From positions 1-62,871 of the forward strand of contig JBGAQA010000036.1 of NCBI GenBank assembly GCA_044220955.1: DNA of 62,871 nt, written 5' to 3'. Numbering within the stretch: position 1 is the first letter of the stretch; every line of letters begins with the position of its first letter. This document shows positions 18,056-27,870 of this stretch, in pieces. The position numbers were made by a program, and so were the translations under genes. The DNA comes from Sandaracinaceae bacterium. Lineage in GTDB: Bacteria; Myxococcota_A; Polyangia; Polyangiales; Sandaracinaceae. The notes below the pieces were generated by a model that worked only from the letters and a program-made list of their open reading frames with translations, had not been told where the DNA came from and searched no databases.

Positions 18056-19564
18056 ATGACTTGGACGAAGCTCCCTGCCCTGGCGCTCGCGAGCGCGCTG
18101 CTCGTGCCCTCGATCGCGATCCTGCCGCACCTCGCCCACGCCCAGCTGCCGATCACGCCAGGCGCGGCCAGCACCGCGACGTTCGGCGGCTTCGCCGGGG
18201 GCGGCTTCGATCCCGGCCCGACGACGGGCCGCCTCGACTCCGACACGTGGCAGCCCTTCGGGCTCGGCATCCCGACGACGCCCTTCGGCGGCACGTGCGT
18301 CGGTCCCGGCCCGTGCGCGCGCGGTCACGTCATGCTCCTGAGCGCCGCGCTCGGCGGCGCCGGCTTCTACGTCCTCGATCCGTCCGCCACGTTCCCGAGC
18401 CCGAGCCTCGCCATGCTGGTGTCGGACGGGGTGCTCTCGCCCGGCGGCGTCCGCCTCCGGCTCGTCAACGCCGACAGCAGCGCGGTGCTCACGCACGCCG
18501 ACGTCAAGGTCACCTGGGCGCGTCGGCTCGGGCTCGTGCCGGGGACGCTTCCCCCGGAGACCCTGACCTTCGACGCCGACGACTGCGGCGTGAGCGGCAT
18601 CTCGTACCCGCTGGTACCGGGAATGGACGCGGTCTCGGGAACGACGGGCCCCGTCCACTGGGAGGGGCACGACACCTCGCTCACGCTCGATCTGCGCCCC
18701 GCGCCGCTCGCGCCCGGCGACACCGCATGCATCTCGTTCCACGTCGGGTCGCCCTCGTTGCTCCGGGACATCGTGGCGATCGGACTGGTCCGGGTGACCG
18801 TCCCGGACGCGGTCTGCGGCGATGGGTTCCTCGATCTGCCGGCCGAGGAGTGCGAGCCCGACCACGGCGGCATCACCGGCCCGTGCGACTGCCGGACCGA
18901 CTGCCACTACCCGCCGGCCGACACGGCGTGCGACGACGCCGACGGCAACCCGTGCACCGCGGGCCTCTGCGAGCGCGGCGCCTGTGCGCCCGTCGATCTC
19001 GACGGAACGGAGTACGTACCGGCCTGCGACAACGACGCCAACCCGTGCACGATCGAGGGATGCACGGCCGGCGAGTGCGCCACGCTCACCGGCTGTCCGA
19101 CGCCGTCGAGCCACTGCCGGACGTGCGATCCGGCGACGTTCTCGTGCGACGTGCCCGCCGTCGGCATGGCCGGGTGCTGCACGGGCAACGCGGACTGCTT
19201 CGTCGATGCGTGCCTGATCAGCACCTGCGACGTCGCGACGGGCGCGTGCACGACCCCGCTGCCCAACCCGGCGTGCACCAGCGACGCCGGCCCGGCCGAG
19301 GACGCGGCGACCGACACGGACGCCGGTACGAGCGCGGACGGGGGCAGCGCGACCGACGGCGGCAGCGTGAGTGACACCGGACCGCGCTTCGACGCGAGCG
19401 GCGCCATCGACGCGAGTGGCCCGGTCCCCGGGCCCGGAATCGGCTTCGGGGGCGGCGGGGGCTGCCGGTGCCGTGCGGCCGGGACGGAGGGCGGCGCGCG
19501 GGGCGCGAGCTTGCTCGTCGTCGGTCTCGCGCTCGCGCTCGCGCGCGCGCGGCGGAAGCGGTGA
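18056..19564 (+). CDS. Secreted Cys-rich protein with MYXO-CTERM sorting signal
   Basis: Signal peptide; CGDGFLD..EEC and CDD..NPCT repeats; C-terminal GGGGCRCRAA + TM + RARRKR. Confidence 0.85.
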   Translation: MTWTKLPALALASALLVPSIAILPHLAHAQLPITPGAASTATFGGFAGGGFDPGPTTGRLDSDTWQPFGLGIPTTPFGGTCVGPGPCARGHVMLLSAALGGAGFYVLDPSATFPSPSLAMLVSDGVLSPGGVRLRLVNADSSAVLTHADVKVTWARRLGLVPGTLPPETLTFDADDCGVSGISYPLVPGMDAVSGTTGPVHWEGHDTSLTLDLRPAPLAPGDTACISFHVGSPSLLRDIVAIGLVRVTVPDAVCGDGFLDLPAEECEPDHGGITGPCDCRTDCHYPPADTACDDADGNPCTAGLCERGACAPVDLDGTEYVPACDNDANPCTIEGCTAGECATLTGCPTPSSHCRTCDPATFSCDVPAVGMAGCCTGNADCFVDACLISTCDVATGACTTPLPNPACTSDAGPAEDAATDTDAGTSADGGSATDGGSVSDTGPRFDASGAIDASGPVPGPGIGFGGGGGCRCRAAGTEGGARGASLLVVGLALALARARRKR

Positions 19565-20118
19565 GGACCGCCGCGCGGTCGGGCGTCGTCGTCGTGCGGG
19601 ACGCGAGCGCCGAGGACGCGTCCGCGATCGCACACGTCGAGGTGACGACGTGGCAGGCGAGCTACGACGGGATCCTGCCGCCTCACCTGCTGCGGACGAC
19701 GAGCGTTCCCCGCGCGCGCGCACGCTGGGCGCATGCGCTCGGAGCCCCGTCACGCAGCTCGATCCACGTCACGATCGTGGCGCTCGTCGAGGGCGAGCTC
19801 GTCGGTTTCGCGAGCGGGAACGCGCGCCGCGCGGCGCCACCCCGGATGGCCCGCCTCGACATGCTCTACGTGCTGCCGGCGTTCCAGCGGCTCGGCGCCG
19901 GGCGCGCGCTCTTGCGCGGGTTCGCGGCGCGCATGGAGTCCGAGGGCGTCAGCGCGATGTGGCTCGAGGTGCTCGCGCGGAACGTCCCCGCGCGCCGCTT
20001 CTACCGCGCGATGGGCGGCGCGGAGCTGGACCGGATCTGGCGCTTCATGGGCACGACGCCGATCGTCGTCGTGCCTCACGGATGGTCGCTCCCGATGCGC
20101 CCGACGCTCGAGCGCTGA
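19561..20118 (+). CDS. GNAT-family N-acetyltransferase
   Basis: LYVLPAFQRLGAGRALL acetyl-CoA motif; LEVLARN..ARRFY..MG; GTGA overlap with the upstream gene. Confidence 0.88.
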   Translation: MRTAARSGVVVVRDASAEDASAIAHVEVTTWQASYDGILPPHLLRTTSVPRARARWAHALGAPSRSSIHVTIVALVEGELVGFASGNARRAAPPRMARLDMLYVLPAFQRLGAGRALLRGFAARMESEGVSAMWLEVLARNVPARRFYRAMGGAELDRIWRFMGTTPIVVVPHGWSLPMRPTLER

Positions 20119-20144
20119 AGGCCCCCGCGCTCCGGTCGAGGGAG

Positions 20145-20987
20145 TCACGCCGGCGGGAGCGCTCCGAGCTCCTTCTCCGGATCGTCGAAGATGCGCTTGA
20201 GCGTCTTGCTCATCTTCGCCGCGTGCACCCCGTCGAGCACGCGGTGATCGAAGGTCGCGAACGCGCGCAGGACCTTGCCGACCCGGATCTCACCGTTCTC
20301 GACGACGGCCTCCTCCTTCACCGCGCCGAGCGCGATCAGGAGCGGCACGTGGCTGTAGGGCACGAGCGGCACGTACGCCTCCTCGAGGCCGAGCGAGCCG
20401 ATGTTCGTCACCATCGCCGAGCCGAAGGGATCGGACGGAATCCCCGCCCAGCGCAGGTCGAGGTTCAGCTCGAAGCTGAGCCACCCCATCAGGTCGAGGA
20501 CGAAGTTGAGCAGACGGTACGGGATCTTCTTGAAGAGCCCGCGCGTGCTCTCGAGCTGCTTGTCGGTGCGCTTCTTCACGCTGCCGACCTTCTCCTCGAA
20601 CTCCGTCACGATGTCGGGGAGCGTCTTGACGTGCGCGTCGAAGATCGTCGCGCCGCTCAGGTCGATCTCGCCCGTGCCCTCGTCCTCGAGCGCGACCTGG
20701 AAGAAGACGCCGATGTTCTCGCGGAGGAAGATGCGGTTGCGCCGGAGGATCGCGTTCGCGTCGGGCATCTCGGAGAGCGTGATCGCGACGGCCTTCGCCA
20801 TCAGGTGCGAGAGGGTCACGCGCTTGCCGGTGCGCTTGCGCAGCTCGTCCACGTACGCGAGCACGCGGTCGGCGCGCAGCGCGAGCGTTCCGTACACCGA
20901 CGGATCGTAGGCGGTGCGCCACGTTCCGATCGCGATGCGACGGAACGAGGAGAGGTTCTTCTTCTGCTTCAGCAACAGGTTCGGCAT
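20145..20987 (-). CDS. 2-oxoacid dehydrogenase E2 acyltransferase, catalytic domain only
   Basis: VTNIGSLG and TFDHRVLDG motifs; no lipoyl domain. Confidence 0.88.
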   Translation of the reverse strand: MPNLLLKQKKNLSSFRRIAIGTWRTAYDPSVYGTLALRADRVLAYVDELRKRTGKRVTLSHLMAKAVAITLSEMPDANAILRRNRIFLRENIGVFFQVALEDEGTGEIDLSGATIFDAHVKTLPDIVTEFEEKVGSVKKRTDKQLESTRGLFKKIPYRLLNFVLDLMGWLSFELNLDLRWAGIPSDPFGSAMVTNIGSLGLEEAYVPLVPYSHVPLLIALGAVKEEAVVENGEIRVGKVLRAFATFDHRVLDGVHAAKMSKTLKRIFDDPEKELGALPPA

Positions 20988-21073
20988 GGCGTGAGCGCCA
21001 GCCTACATGCTCCGAGGCCGTCCCCAAATCGATCGCGTCGAGCGAGGTGCCTCGCGACGTGAGCGTCGGAGCC

Positions 21074-21256
21074 TCACGGCCGGTGGCGGCGCGAGCGTGT
21101 CTGGTGGCCGTCGTCCGTGCTGGAGACGAGCGCGCTGCCGAGACAGCAGCACGAGAGCGCCGACACCAGCATCATCGCTGTCGCGATGCCCAGGACCACG
21201 CGGAAGCGGTCCTCGCGCGTGTCTTGCTCGGTCTTCGGGGGTGCGGCGGGGGGCAC
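21074..21256 (-). CDS. Small single-TM hypothetical protein with a CCC motif (possibly truncated)
   Basis: Hydrophobic VVLGIATAMMLVSALSCCCLG; TATCTT -10-like box upstream. Confidence 0.4.
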   Translation of the reverse strand: MPPAAPPKTEQDTREDRFRVVLGIATAMMLVSALSCCCLGSALVSSTDDGHQTRSRRHRP

Positions 21257-21291
21257 GGCGCGCGGGAAGATAGTGCGCCCGCCGGGACGCG

Positions 21292-22380
21292 CTACTCGTC
21301 GCCAGCGAGCCGCGCCATCGCGCCCAGGACGCGGGTCATCCCCGCGAGCTCGCGGGCGTTCTCACCGAAGCGCGAGAGCTGGCTCGAGAGGCCAGCGCCG
21401 GCGGTGTGCCCGTAGAGCCCGGTGAGCACGAGCTCGACCTTCCGCCCGGCGAGCGCCCGCTCGAGCGCCTCGCTCTCCTCGAACGGGATCACGTCGTCGT
21501 CGCGCCCGTGCACGAGCGTCACCGGGCACTCGATCGACGCGACGTGCGGCTCGGGATCGACCCAGCTGAAGTAGTCGCCCGAGCGCTCGAGCGCCGCCCT
21601 GGCGAGCTCGTCGACTCCCGGGCGCGCGCGCGCGGCCACGAGGAAGAGGTCGCGCAGGTGCGCCGGCAGGGTCTCGGACACGCGCTCGGCGATCGCGCGG
21701 TGGAGCGCCGGGATCTTGCTCTCGTCCCGCCCCCAGCTCGCCCGGCAGTACTCGAGGAAGGCCTTCTCGAGCCGCGCGTGATCGTCCCGCGCGACCCCCT
21801 CGACGAAGGGCAGCAGGTTCAGCACGACGACGGGGGCGTTGAGCGGGTCGTTCTTCCGCTCGCCGTCGCCGTAGAGCGCGAACGCGAGCGCCGCGCGGAA
21901 CGACGCGAACCCACCGAACACGACCAGGCGGCTCACGTCGCGCGAGCGCCGGGACGTCACCCGGAGCGCGGGGAGCGAGCCGAACGAGATGCTGAAGATC
22001 CCCGGCTTGCCCTTCGGCCGCTCCGGCAACGCCAGGAGCGCGTCGAGCGCGGCCTCGGCGTCCTCGAGCACGGTCGGGCGAACGAGCAGGCCGGTGTAGT
22101 CGGGGAGGAAAGGCGCGAAGACGAGGAACCCGGCCGCCGCGAGCACGCGCGAGAAGCGGTCGAAGCGCGGATCGGCCGGACCCGCGAAGTGCAGGCCTGG
22201 CATGACCAGCACCGAGCCCTGCGCCTTGCGCGTGGGATCCGTGTAGATCCACGCCTCGAAGTCGCGCTCGCCCGAGCGCACGCGAACGGAGCGGCGCGCG
22301 ATGCCGGGCGGAACGGCCTCCGCCCCGGCCCACGGGCCGAGCCAGCGGGCGAGCCTCGCCATGCGTCCGGGGATCGACAT
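21292..22380 (-). CDS. Alpha/beta-hydrolase fold protein
   Basis: SISFG nucleophile elbow, LVHGRDDDVIP, C-terminal GH. Confidence 0.75.
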   Translation of the reverse strand: MSIPGRMARLARWLGPWAGAEAVPPGIARRSVRVRSGERDFEAWIYTDPTRKAQGSVLVMPGLHFAGPADPRFDRFSRVLAAAGFLVFAPFLPDYTGLLVRPTVLEDAEAALDALLALPERPKGKPGIFSISFGSLPALRVTSRRSRDVSRLVVFGGFASFRAALAFALYGDGERKNDPLNAPVVVLNLLPFVEGVARDDHARLEKAFLEYCRASWGRDESKIPALHRAIAERVSETLPAHLRDLFLVAARARPGVDELARAALERSGDYFSWVDPEPHVASIECPVTLVHGRDDDVIPFEESEALERALAGRKVELVLTGLYGHTAGAGLSSQLSRFGENARELAGMTRVLGAMARLAGDE

Positions 22381-22558
22381 CGCGAGGAACCAGTACCACC
22401 GATGGCCCCCGGCCACGAGCGCAGAAACCAGGCGGGTGCGGCGCGGAGCTGGCGAAGGCCGCCATGCGCGGGGTTCGGGCTCGTTCCGGGGCGCTCGGTC
22501 GTCGTAGGCTCGCGCGTGCTCGAGCGGGCCGCGAGCGGGTGAGAGGACGGTGGTCGCG

Positions 22559-22927
22559 ATGAGAGCGCACTTCGTGCTGTGGGTCCCCGATCAGGCGGCG
22601 GCGCGCGACTTCTACGCGCGCGTGCTCGAGCGCACGCCCCGGCTCGACGTGCCCGGGATGACGGAGATCGAGCTCGACGGCGCCGTCCTCGGACTGATGC
22701 CCGAGGCGGGCATCCGGCGGCTGCTCGGCGACGCGCTGCCGCCGATCGGCACGGGCGCGCGCGCCGAGCTCTATCTCTACGTCGACGATCCCGCCGCGCA
22801 CCTCGCTCGCGCGCTCGAGGCGGGGGCGCGAGAGCTCTCGGCCCTCGCGCCCCGCCCGTGGGGCGACCGCGCCGCGTACGTGCTCGATCCCTTCGGGCAC
22901 GTCGTCGCGTTCGCGACGCACGGCTGA
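22559..22927 (+). CDS. VOC/glyoxalase family protein
   Basis: V.D..AARDFY.RVL, LYVDD, PWGDRAAYVLDPFGH. Confidence 0.88.
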   Translation: MRAHFVLWVPDQAAARDFYARVLERTPRLDVPGMTEIELDGAVLGLMPEAGIRRLLGDALPPIGTGARAELYLYVDDPAAHLARALEAGARELSALAPRPWGDRAAYVLDPFGHVVAFATHG

Positions 22928-22948
22928 TCCGAGCGATCGGTCGTGCGC

Positions 22949-23650
22949 CTACGCCGCCGGCGCCGGCGGAGCGGTGCGGGCCACGGGCGCGAGGTCGACG
23001 TGCCTCACCTCCCCGGACATCAGCGTGTCGTCGAGGAAGCGGACCGCGCCCGTCTCGACGTCGTAGATGGCGCCGACGAGCGCGATGGCGCCCTGCTCGA
23101 TCATCTGGCGCAGGACCACGCTGCGCTCGACGATCGCCTCGACCGACCGTCGGACCTGGATCTCGCCGACCTTCTCGACGAACTCCGGGTTGCTGCCGTG
23201 GCGCGCGGTGCGCACCGTCCGCTCGAAGTAGACGGAGGGCTGGATCTTGTTGAGCAGGGTCGAGAGATTGCCGAGCTGCACGTGGTCGCACGCGCCCTTG
23301 ATGGCGCCGCAGCGCGTGTGACCCAGCACGACGATCAGCCGCGAGCCCGCCACCTTCGAGGCGAACTCCATCGAGCCCAGGATGTCGTCGTTGACGACGT
23401 TCCCGGCGATCCGGACGCTGAAGATGTCGCCGAGGCCCTGGTCGAAGATCAGCTCCGCGGACGTCCGGCTGTCGATGCAGCTCAGGATCGTCGCGAACGG
23501 GAACTGCCCGTCGCGCGTCTCGTTGACCTGCTGGAGCAGGTTCCGGTCGGCCCGGAGGTTCTTCAGGAAGCGCTCGTTGCCCTCGCGGAGGAAGGCCAGG
23601 GCCTTGTCGGGCGTCATGGAGGCTTGGGTCTCGCGTGAGTGGGCTCGCAT
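22949..23650 (-). CDS. Beta-class carbonic anhydrase
   Basis: LREGNERF, SCIDSR, FDQGLGDIF..RIAGN, GHTRCGAI Zn ligands. Confidence 0.95.
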   Translation of the reverse strand: MRAHSRETQASMTPDKALAFLREGNERFLKNLRADRNLLQQVNETRDGQFPFATILSCIDSRTSAELIFDQGLGDIFSVRIAGNVVNDDILGSMEFASKVAGSRLIVVLGHTRCGAIKGACDHVQLGNLSTLLNKIQPSVYFERTVRTARHGSNPEFVEKVGEIQVRRSVEAIVERSVVLRQMIEQGAIALVGAIYDVETGAVRFLDDTLMSGEVRHVDLAPVARTAPPAPAA

Positions 23651-24426
23651 CAGGTTCTCCCCAGGTTGGTGTTGACGGTCGGAGCGAAGGCGCGGAGCGG
23701 ACTCGACATCCGCTGCCGCAAGAGGGCTGCCGCGGCACCGACCGCGGCGGCAGGAAGCAGGAACGTCGCGTACCCGAGCTGGCTCGCGAGCAAGGAGGCC
23801 ACGAGGCAGCCGGCGAAGAACGCGAAGATCTTCGAGCCACGGAGCACCACCGAGCGGCGGGCGGCCTCCACGATCGGCTCGGGGCCGGGCGAGAGCATGG
23901 TCGCGAGCCCGATCGAGAAGTCGGTGACGGGCCCGGTCATGTGGGTGGTCCTCACGATCATGCCGGTCGTCGTGGCGACCGACGCGTTCTGCAGGCCCAT
24001 CGCGAACGCGAGCACGCACAGGAGCAGGAAGTCGCCGGGGGTCTCGACGGCGGCGCCGAAAGCGCCGAACACGCCCGCGTGCCCCGCGATCACGACGCCG
24101 ACGAGGACGAGCGCGACCAGGACCAGCGGCGCGACCGGCGAGGCCGCGAGCCCGCGCATCCTGCGGCCGTCGATCAGCATCACGCTCGTCATCGCGCCGA
24201 GCACGAACGACACGAGCACGCACGCGTACTCGAGCATGAGCGTCGGCTCGCCGAAGTCCGCCCCGACCCGCGTGAGCGTGCCCGTGACGTGGGTGACGAA
24301 GCGCTGACAAGCGGCGAGCGCGGCGGCGTTGACGGCGCCCGCGGCGAACGTGAGCGCGAGCCAGATCACCACGTGGCGCCGCTCGTGGACGTCGGAAGCG
24401 GCGAGCAGGGGGGGGAGGGTCGACAA
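23650..24426 (-). CDS. YoaK/DUF1275 family membrane protein
   Basis: AGAVNA, FVTHVTG, AMGLQNA, RTTHMTG; AAGGAG RBS before TTG 24426; stop overlaps the CA start. Confidence 0.88.
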   Translation of the reverse strand: MSTLPPLLAASDVHERRHVVIWLALTFAAGAVNAAALAACQRFVTHVTGTLTRVGADFGEPTLMLEYACVLVSFVLGAMTSVMLIDGRRMRGLAASPVAPLVLVALVLVGVVIAGHAGVFGAFGAAVETPGDFLLLCVLAFAMGLQNASVATTTGMIVRTTHMTGPVTDFSIGLATMLSPGPEPIVEAARRSVVLRGSKIFAFFAGCLVASLLASQLGYATFLLPAAAVGAAAALLRQRMSSPLRAFAPTVNTNLGRT

Positions 24427-24645
24427 CGCTTTCTCCTTCGCGACGCCTGTGTCGCGACATCCATCGTGGGGCGCGCGCGGAATTCGTAAACCCAGATATT
24501 CGCGAGGCGTCACCACGGTTTTCCCGATGGCTCCGGTCCTCGACCGGGCCACCTCGTGATTTCCGCGGCCGCGCGTGGTGAACCAAGTCACGGACGCGCG
24601 CTCCAGCGCCCGGCATCGTGCGCGCGCCATGAGCCAGGCGCGGCG

Positions 24646-26196
24646 ATGATCATACTTCGACGTCCTGCGCGGGCGCTCGCGCTGGGCGCCCTCGCGCTGC
24701 TCGGGGCCTGCAGCGGCACGACCACGACGGCGGACGCGGGTTCCGACGCCCCCACGTCGGCCGATGCCGCCCGCCCCGTCGACGCGGGCATCCCGGCCGT
24801 GATGCGGACGCGCGCACCCGTCGGCCGGCTGCGCGCCATGGGCGACGAGATCATCGACGCGAGCGACACACCCGTCGCGCTGCGCGGCGTGAACCTGGGC
24901 TCGTGGCTCTTCGTCGAGACGTGGATGGACACGCTCGACTACACGCCGCCCGGGCGGCTCGTGGTCGAGGCCGAGCGACAGAGCCCCGCCCTCGCCGCGG
25001 CGGTACGTGCGGCGGCCACGGCGGCGGGACCTCCGGCCTCCGAGACGCGCGAGGCGTACTACGCGCGCGTCGAAGGGCTCTTGCCCACCGGCACCGACGC
25101 GACGGCGTTCGCGAGAGCGCGCGCCGAGGCGCTCGCGTGCCCCGACGTCGCCGACGACAGCGACGTGCCTCTCCGCGCGGCGCTGACGGCGCGCTTCGGG
25201 CCCGACGGGCGCAATCGCATCCTCGACGCGTACGCCGACGCGTGGATCACCGATCGCGACCTGGACGAGATCGCAGCCCTCGGGCTGAACCTCGTGCGCG
25301 TCCCGACGACGTGGCGCGCGTGGGTCGTCGACGACAGCACCTACGACACCATCACGCTGCGCGACGCCACGGTCGCGCGGGTCGATCGCCTCCTCGACGC
25401 CTGCGAGGCCAGGGGGATCCGTGCGGTGATCGATCTCCAGGAGTCGCCGGGTGGGCACAACGACTACTCCGGGCCGGCCCGCCTCTACGACGATCCGGTC
25501 GCACAGACGGCGACCATCACCCTCTGGCGTGCGATCGCCGCGCACCTGCGGACGAGGGACTCCGTGGCGGCGTACTCGCTGCTCGCCGAGCCCTTCGGGG
25601 CGCCGGACGTCGCGACGATGATCGCGATGTACGACCGCCTCCACGACGCGCTCCGCGCCGACGGCGACGAGCACCTCCTCGTCATCCACGACGGCTTCAA
25701 GGGAGTCGACCGGCTTCCCGCCCCGTCCGAGCTGGGCTGGACCGACGTGGTGTACTCGTCGCACTACTTCGAGTTCGGGGCGACGAACGCGACGCAGGTG
25801 GACTTCGCGGCGCGCGTCGCCGAGTCCCAGGTCGCGACGCTGCGGGCCCGGGCCGAGGTCCCGTTCTTCGTCGGCTCGTTCAGCAGCATCCGCGACGCGG
25901 ACTGGGGCTACCAGGCCTTCGACCAGCTGACGCAGCGCTACGCGGGCAACGGCTGGTCGTGGTCGATCTGGGCCTGGAAGCGCATCGACGACCCGATCGA
26001 GCGCGACCTCTTCGGGACGCGGACCGCGTGGGGAGTCTATCGGGACTTCGCGGCGTCCACGCCGCCCGCACGGATCGACGTCTGCCACGACACGGAGGCC
26101 GAGATCCTCGCCGAGATCGAGTCGCTGCGGACCGAGAACCTCGTGCCCAACGCGACGCTCCAGCAGCACGTCCGACAGGCCGTGGCGCTGCCCTGA
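24646..26196 (+). CDS. GH5-fold lipoprotein (exo-beta-1,3-glucanase-like) with substituted catalytic residues
   Basis: LRGVNLGSWLFVETWM, WITDRDLDEIAALGLNLVRVP, VIDLQESPGGHN, LAEP, HDGF, FFVGSF, WSIWAWK; lipobox LGAC. Confidence 0.8.
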   Translation: MIILRRPARALALGALALLGACSGTTTTADAGSDAPTSADAARPVDAGIPAVMRTRAPVGRLRAMGDEIIDASDTPVALRGVNLGSWLFVETWMDTLDYTPPGRLVVEAERQSPALAAAVRAAATAAGPPASETREAYYARVEGLLPTGTDATAFARARAEALACPDVADDSDVPLRAALTARFGPDGRNRILDAYADAWITDRDLDEIAALGLNLVRVPTTWRAWVVDDSTYDTITLRDATVARVDRLLDACEARGIRAVIDLQESPGGHNDYSGPARLYDDPVAQTATITLWRAIAAHLRTRDSVAAYSLLAEPFGAPDVATMIAMYDRLHDALRADGDEHLLVIHDGFKGVDRLPAPSELGWTDVVYSSHYFEFGATNATQVDFAARVAESQVATLRARAEVPFFVGSFSSIRDADWGYQAFDQLTQRYAGNGWSWSIWAWKRIDDPIERDLFGTRTAWGVYRDFAASTPPARIDVCHDTEAEILAEIESLRTENLVPNATLQQHVRQAVALP

Positions 26197-26240
26197 CGCG
26201 GGACCTCGCCCGCGCCGTCGCGCGCTAAGATGCTCGCCTC

Positions 26241-27851
26241 ATGTCGATCCCGATCCCCACGCCCGTCAACGAGCCCGTCCTCTCCTACGCCCCCGGCACC
26301 CGGGAGCGCGCGGCGCTCGAGGCGGCCCTCGGGGCCGCGTCGAAGGAGAAGATCGAGATCCCGGTGCTCGTCGGCGGGCGCGAGGTGCGCACCGGCAAGA
26401 CCATCGAGGTGACGATGCCGCACCGCCACGCGCACGTGCTCGCGAGCGCGCACGAGGCGGGCGAGGCGGAGGGCGCGGCCGCGATCGACGCGGCGATGAA
26501 GGCTGCGCCAGGCTGGGCGGCCACGTCGTTCGAGGACCGCGCCGGGATCTTCCTGCGCGCGGCCGATCTCCTCGCGGGCCCGCACCGCCAGCGGGTGAAC
26601 GCGGCGTGCATGCTCGGTCAGAGCAAGACCTCGCACCAGTCGGAGATCGACGCCGTCTGCGAGCTCGTCGACTTCTTCCGCTTCAACGTCGCGTTCCTCC
26701 GGAAGCTGCACGACGAGCAACCGCTGTCGCCGCCCGGATCGTGGAACCGCAGCGAGCTGCGGCCGCTCGAGGGGTTCGTCCTGGCGATCACGCCCTTCAA
26801 CTTCCTGTCGATCGCGGCGAACCTGCCGACCGCGCCGATCCTCTGCGGCAACGTCGCGCTCTGGAAGCCCTCGAGCGCGAGCCTGCTCGGGTGCTGGCGC
26901 GTGATCGAGATCCTCCGCGAGGCCGGGCTGCCCGACGGCGTGCTCTCCATGCTGCCGGGTGACGCGGCGCCCGCCGCGCCCGCGCTCGCGAGCGAGCACC
27001 TCGCCGGGATCCACTTCACCGGGAGTACCGCGACGTTCAGGAAGCTGTGGACGAGGGTCGGGGGCAACCTCGATCGCTACCGGTCCTTCCCGCGCCTCGT
27101 CGGCGAGACCGGTGGCAAGGACTTCATCCTCGCGCATCCCTCGGCCGACCGCTCGGCGCTCGCCACGGCCATCGTGCGCGGCGGCTTCGAGTACCAGGGA
27201 CAGAAGTGCTCCGCCGCCAGCCGCGTGTACGTGCCGCGCTCGATGTGGAGCGAGGTGCGCGATCGCGTCGTCGCCGACACCAAGACGATCCGCGTCGGCG
27301 ACGTGGCCGACTTCGAGACGTTCGTCGGTGCGGTGATCGACCGGCGCGCCCACGAGCGCATCAGCGGCTATCAGGCCCTGGCGAGAGAGACCGCGGTGGT
27401 CCTCGCGGGCGGCGGCGGCGCCACCGACGTGGGCTGGTTCGTCGAGCCGACCTTCGTCGAGGTCGGCGATCCGAAGCACCGGCTGATGCAGGAGGAGATC
27501 TTCGGCCCTCTCGTCACGGCCTGGGTCTACGACGACGCCCGCTGGTCCGACGTGCTGGCCACGGTGGACGCCACGAGCCCCTACGCGCTCACCGGCGCCG
27601 TGTTCGCCAACGATCGCGCAGCCGTGGCCCAGGCGACGCGAGCGCTCCGGAACAGCGCCGGCAACTTCTACGTGAACGACAAGCCCACCGGCGCCGTGGT
27701 GGGCCAGCAGCCCTTCGGCGGCGCACGAGCGAGCGGCACCAACGACAAGGCCGGCTCGCCGTGGAATCTGATGCGCTGGCTCAGCCCGCGCTCGATCAAG
27801 GAGACGTTCGCGCCGCCGCGCGACTACCGCTATCCGTTCCTGGCGAAGTAG
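26241..27851 (+). CDS. pruA: L-glutamate gamma-semialdehyde (P5C) dehydrogenase
   Basis: NEPVLSYAPG, RPLEGFV, ITPFNF, FTGST, GETGGK, FEYQGQKCSA, EEIFGP, SGTNDKAG. Confidence 0.95.
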   Translation: MSIPIPTPVNEPVLSYAPGTRERAALEAALGAASKEKIEIPVLVGGREVRTGKTIEVTMPHRHAHVLASAHEAGEAEGAAAIDAAMKAAPGWAATSFEDRAGIFLRAADLLAGPHRQRVNAACMLGQSKTSHQSEIDAVCELVDFFRFNVAFLRKLHDEQPLSPPGSWNRSELRPLEGFVLAITPFNFLSIAANLPTAPILCGNVALWKPSSASLLGCWRVIEILREAGLPDGVLSMLPGDAAPAAPALASEHLAGIHFTGSTATFRKLWTRVGGNLDRYRSFPRLVGETGGKDFILAHPSADRSALATAIVRGGFEYQGQKCSAASRVYVPRSMWSEVRDRVVADTKTIRVGDVADFETFVGAVIDRRAHERISGYQALARETAVVLAGGGGATDVGWFVEPTFVEVGDPKHRLMQEEIFGPLVTAWVYDDARWSDVLATVDATSPYALTGAVFANDRAAVAQATRALRNSAGNFYVNDKPTGAVVGQQPFGGARASGTNDKAGSPWNLMRWLSPRSIKETFAPPRDYRYPFLAK

Positions 27852-27870
27852 GTCGGCAGCCGACGCGCGC

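Noticed and set aside
26241..27851. pruA and ppx as part of a storage-polymer regulon with the cph genes
   Set aside because: Metabolically plausible, but 7-8 kb away with unrelated genes between and no shared motif seen
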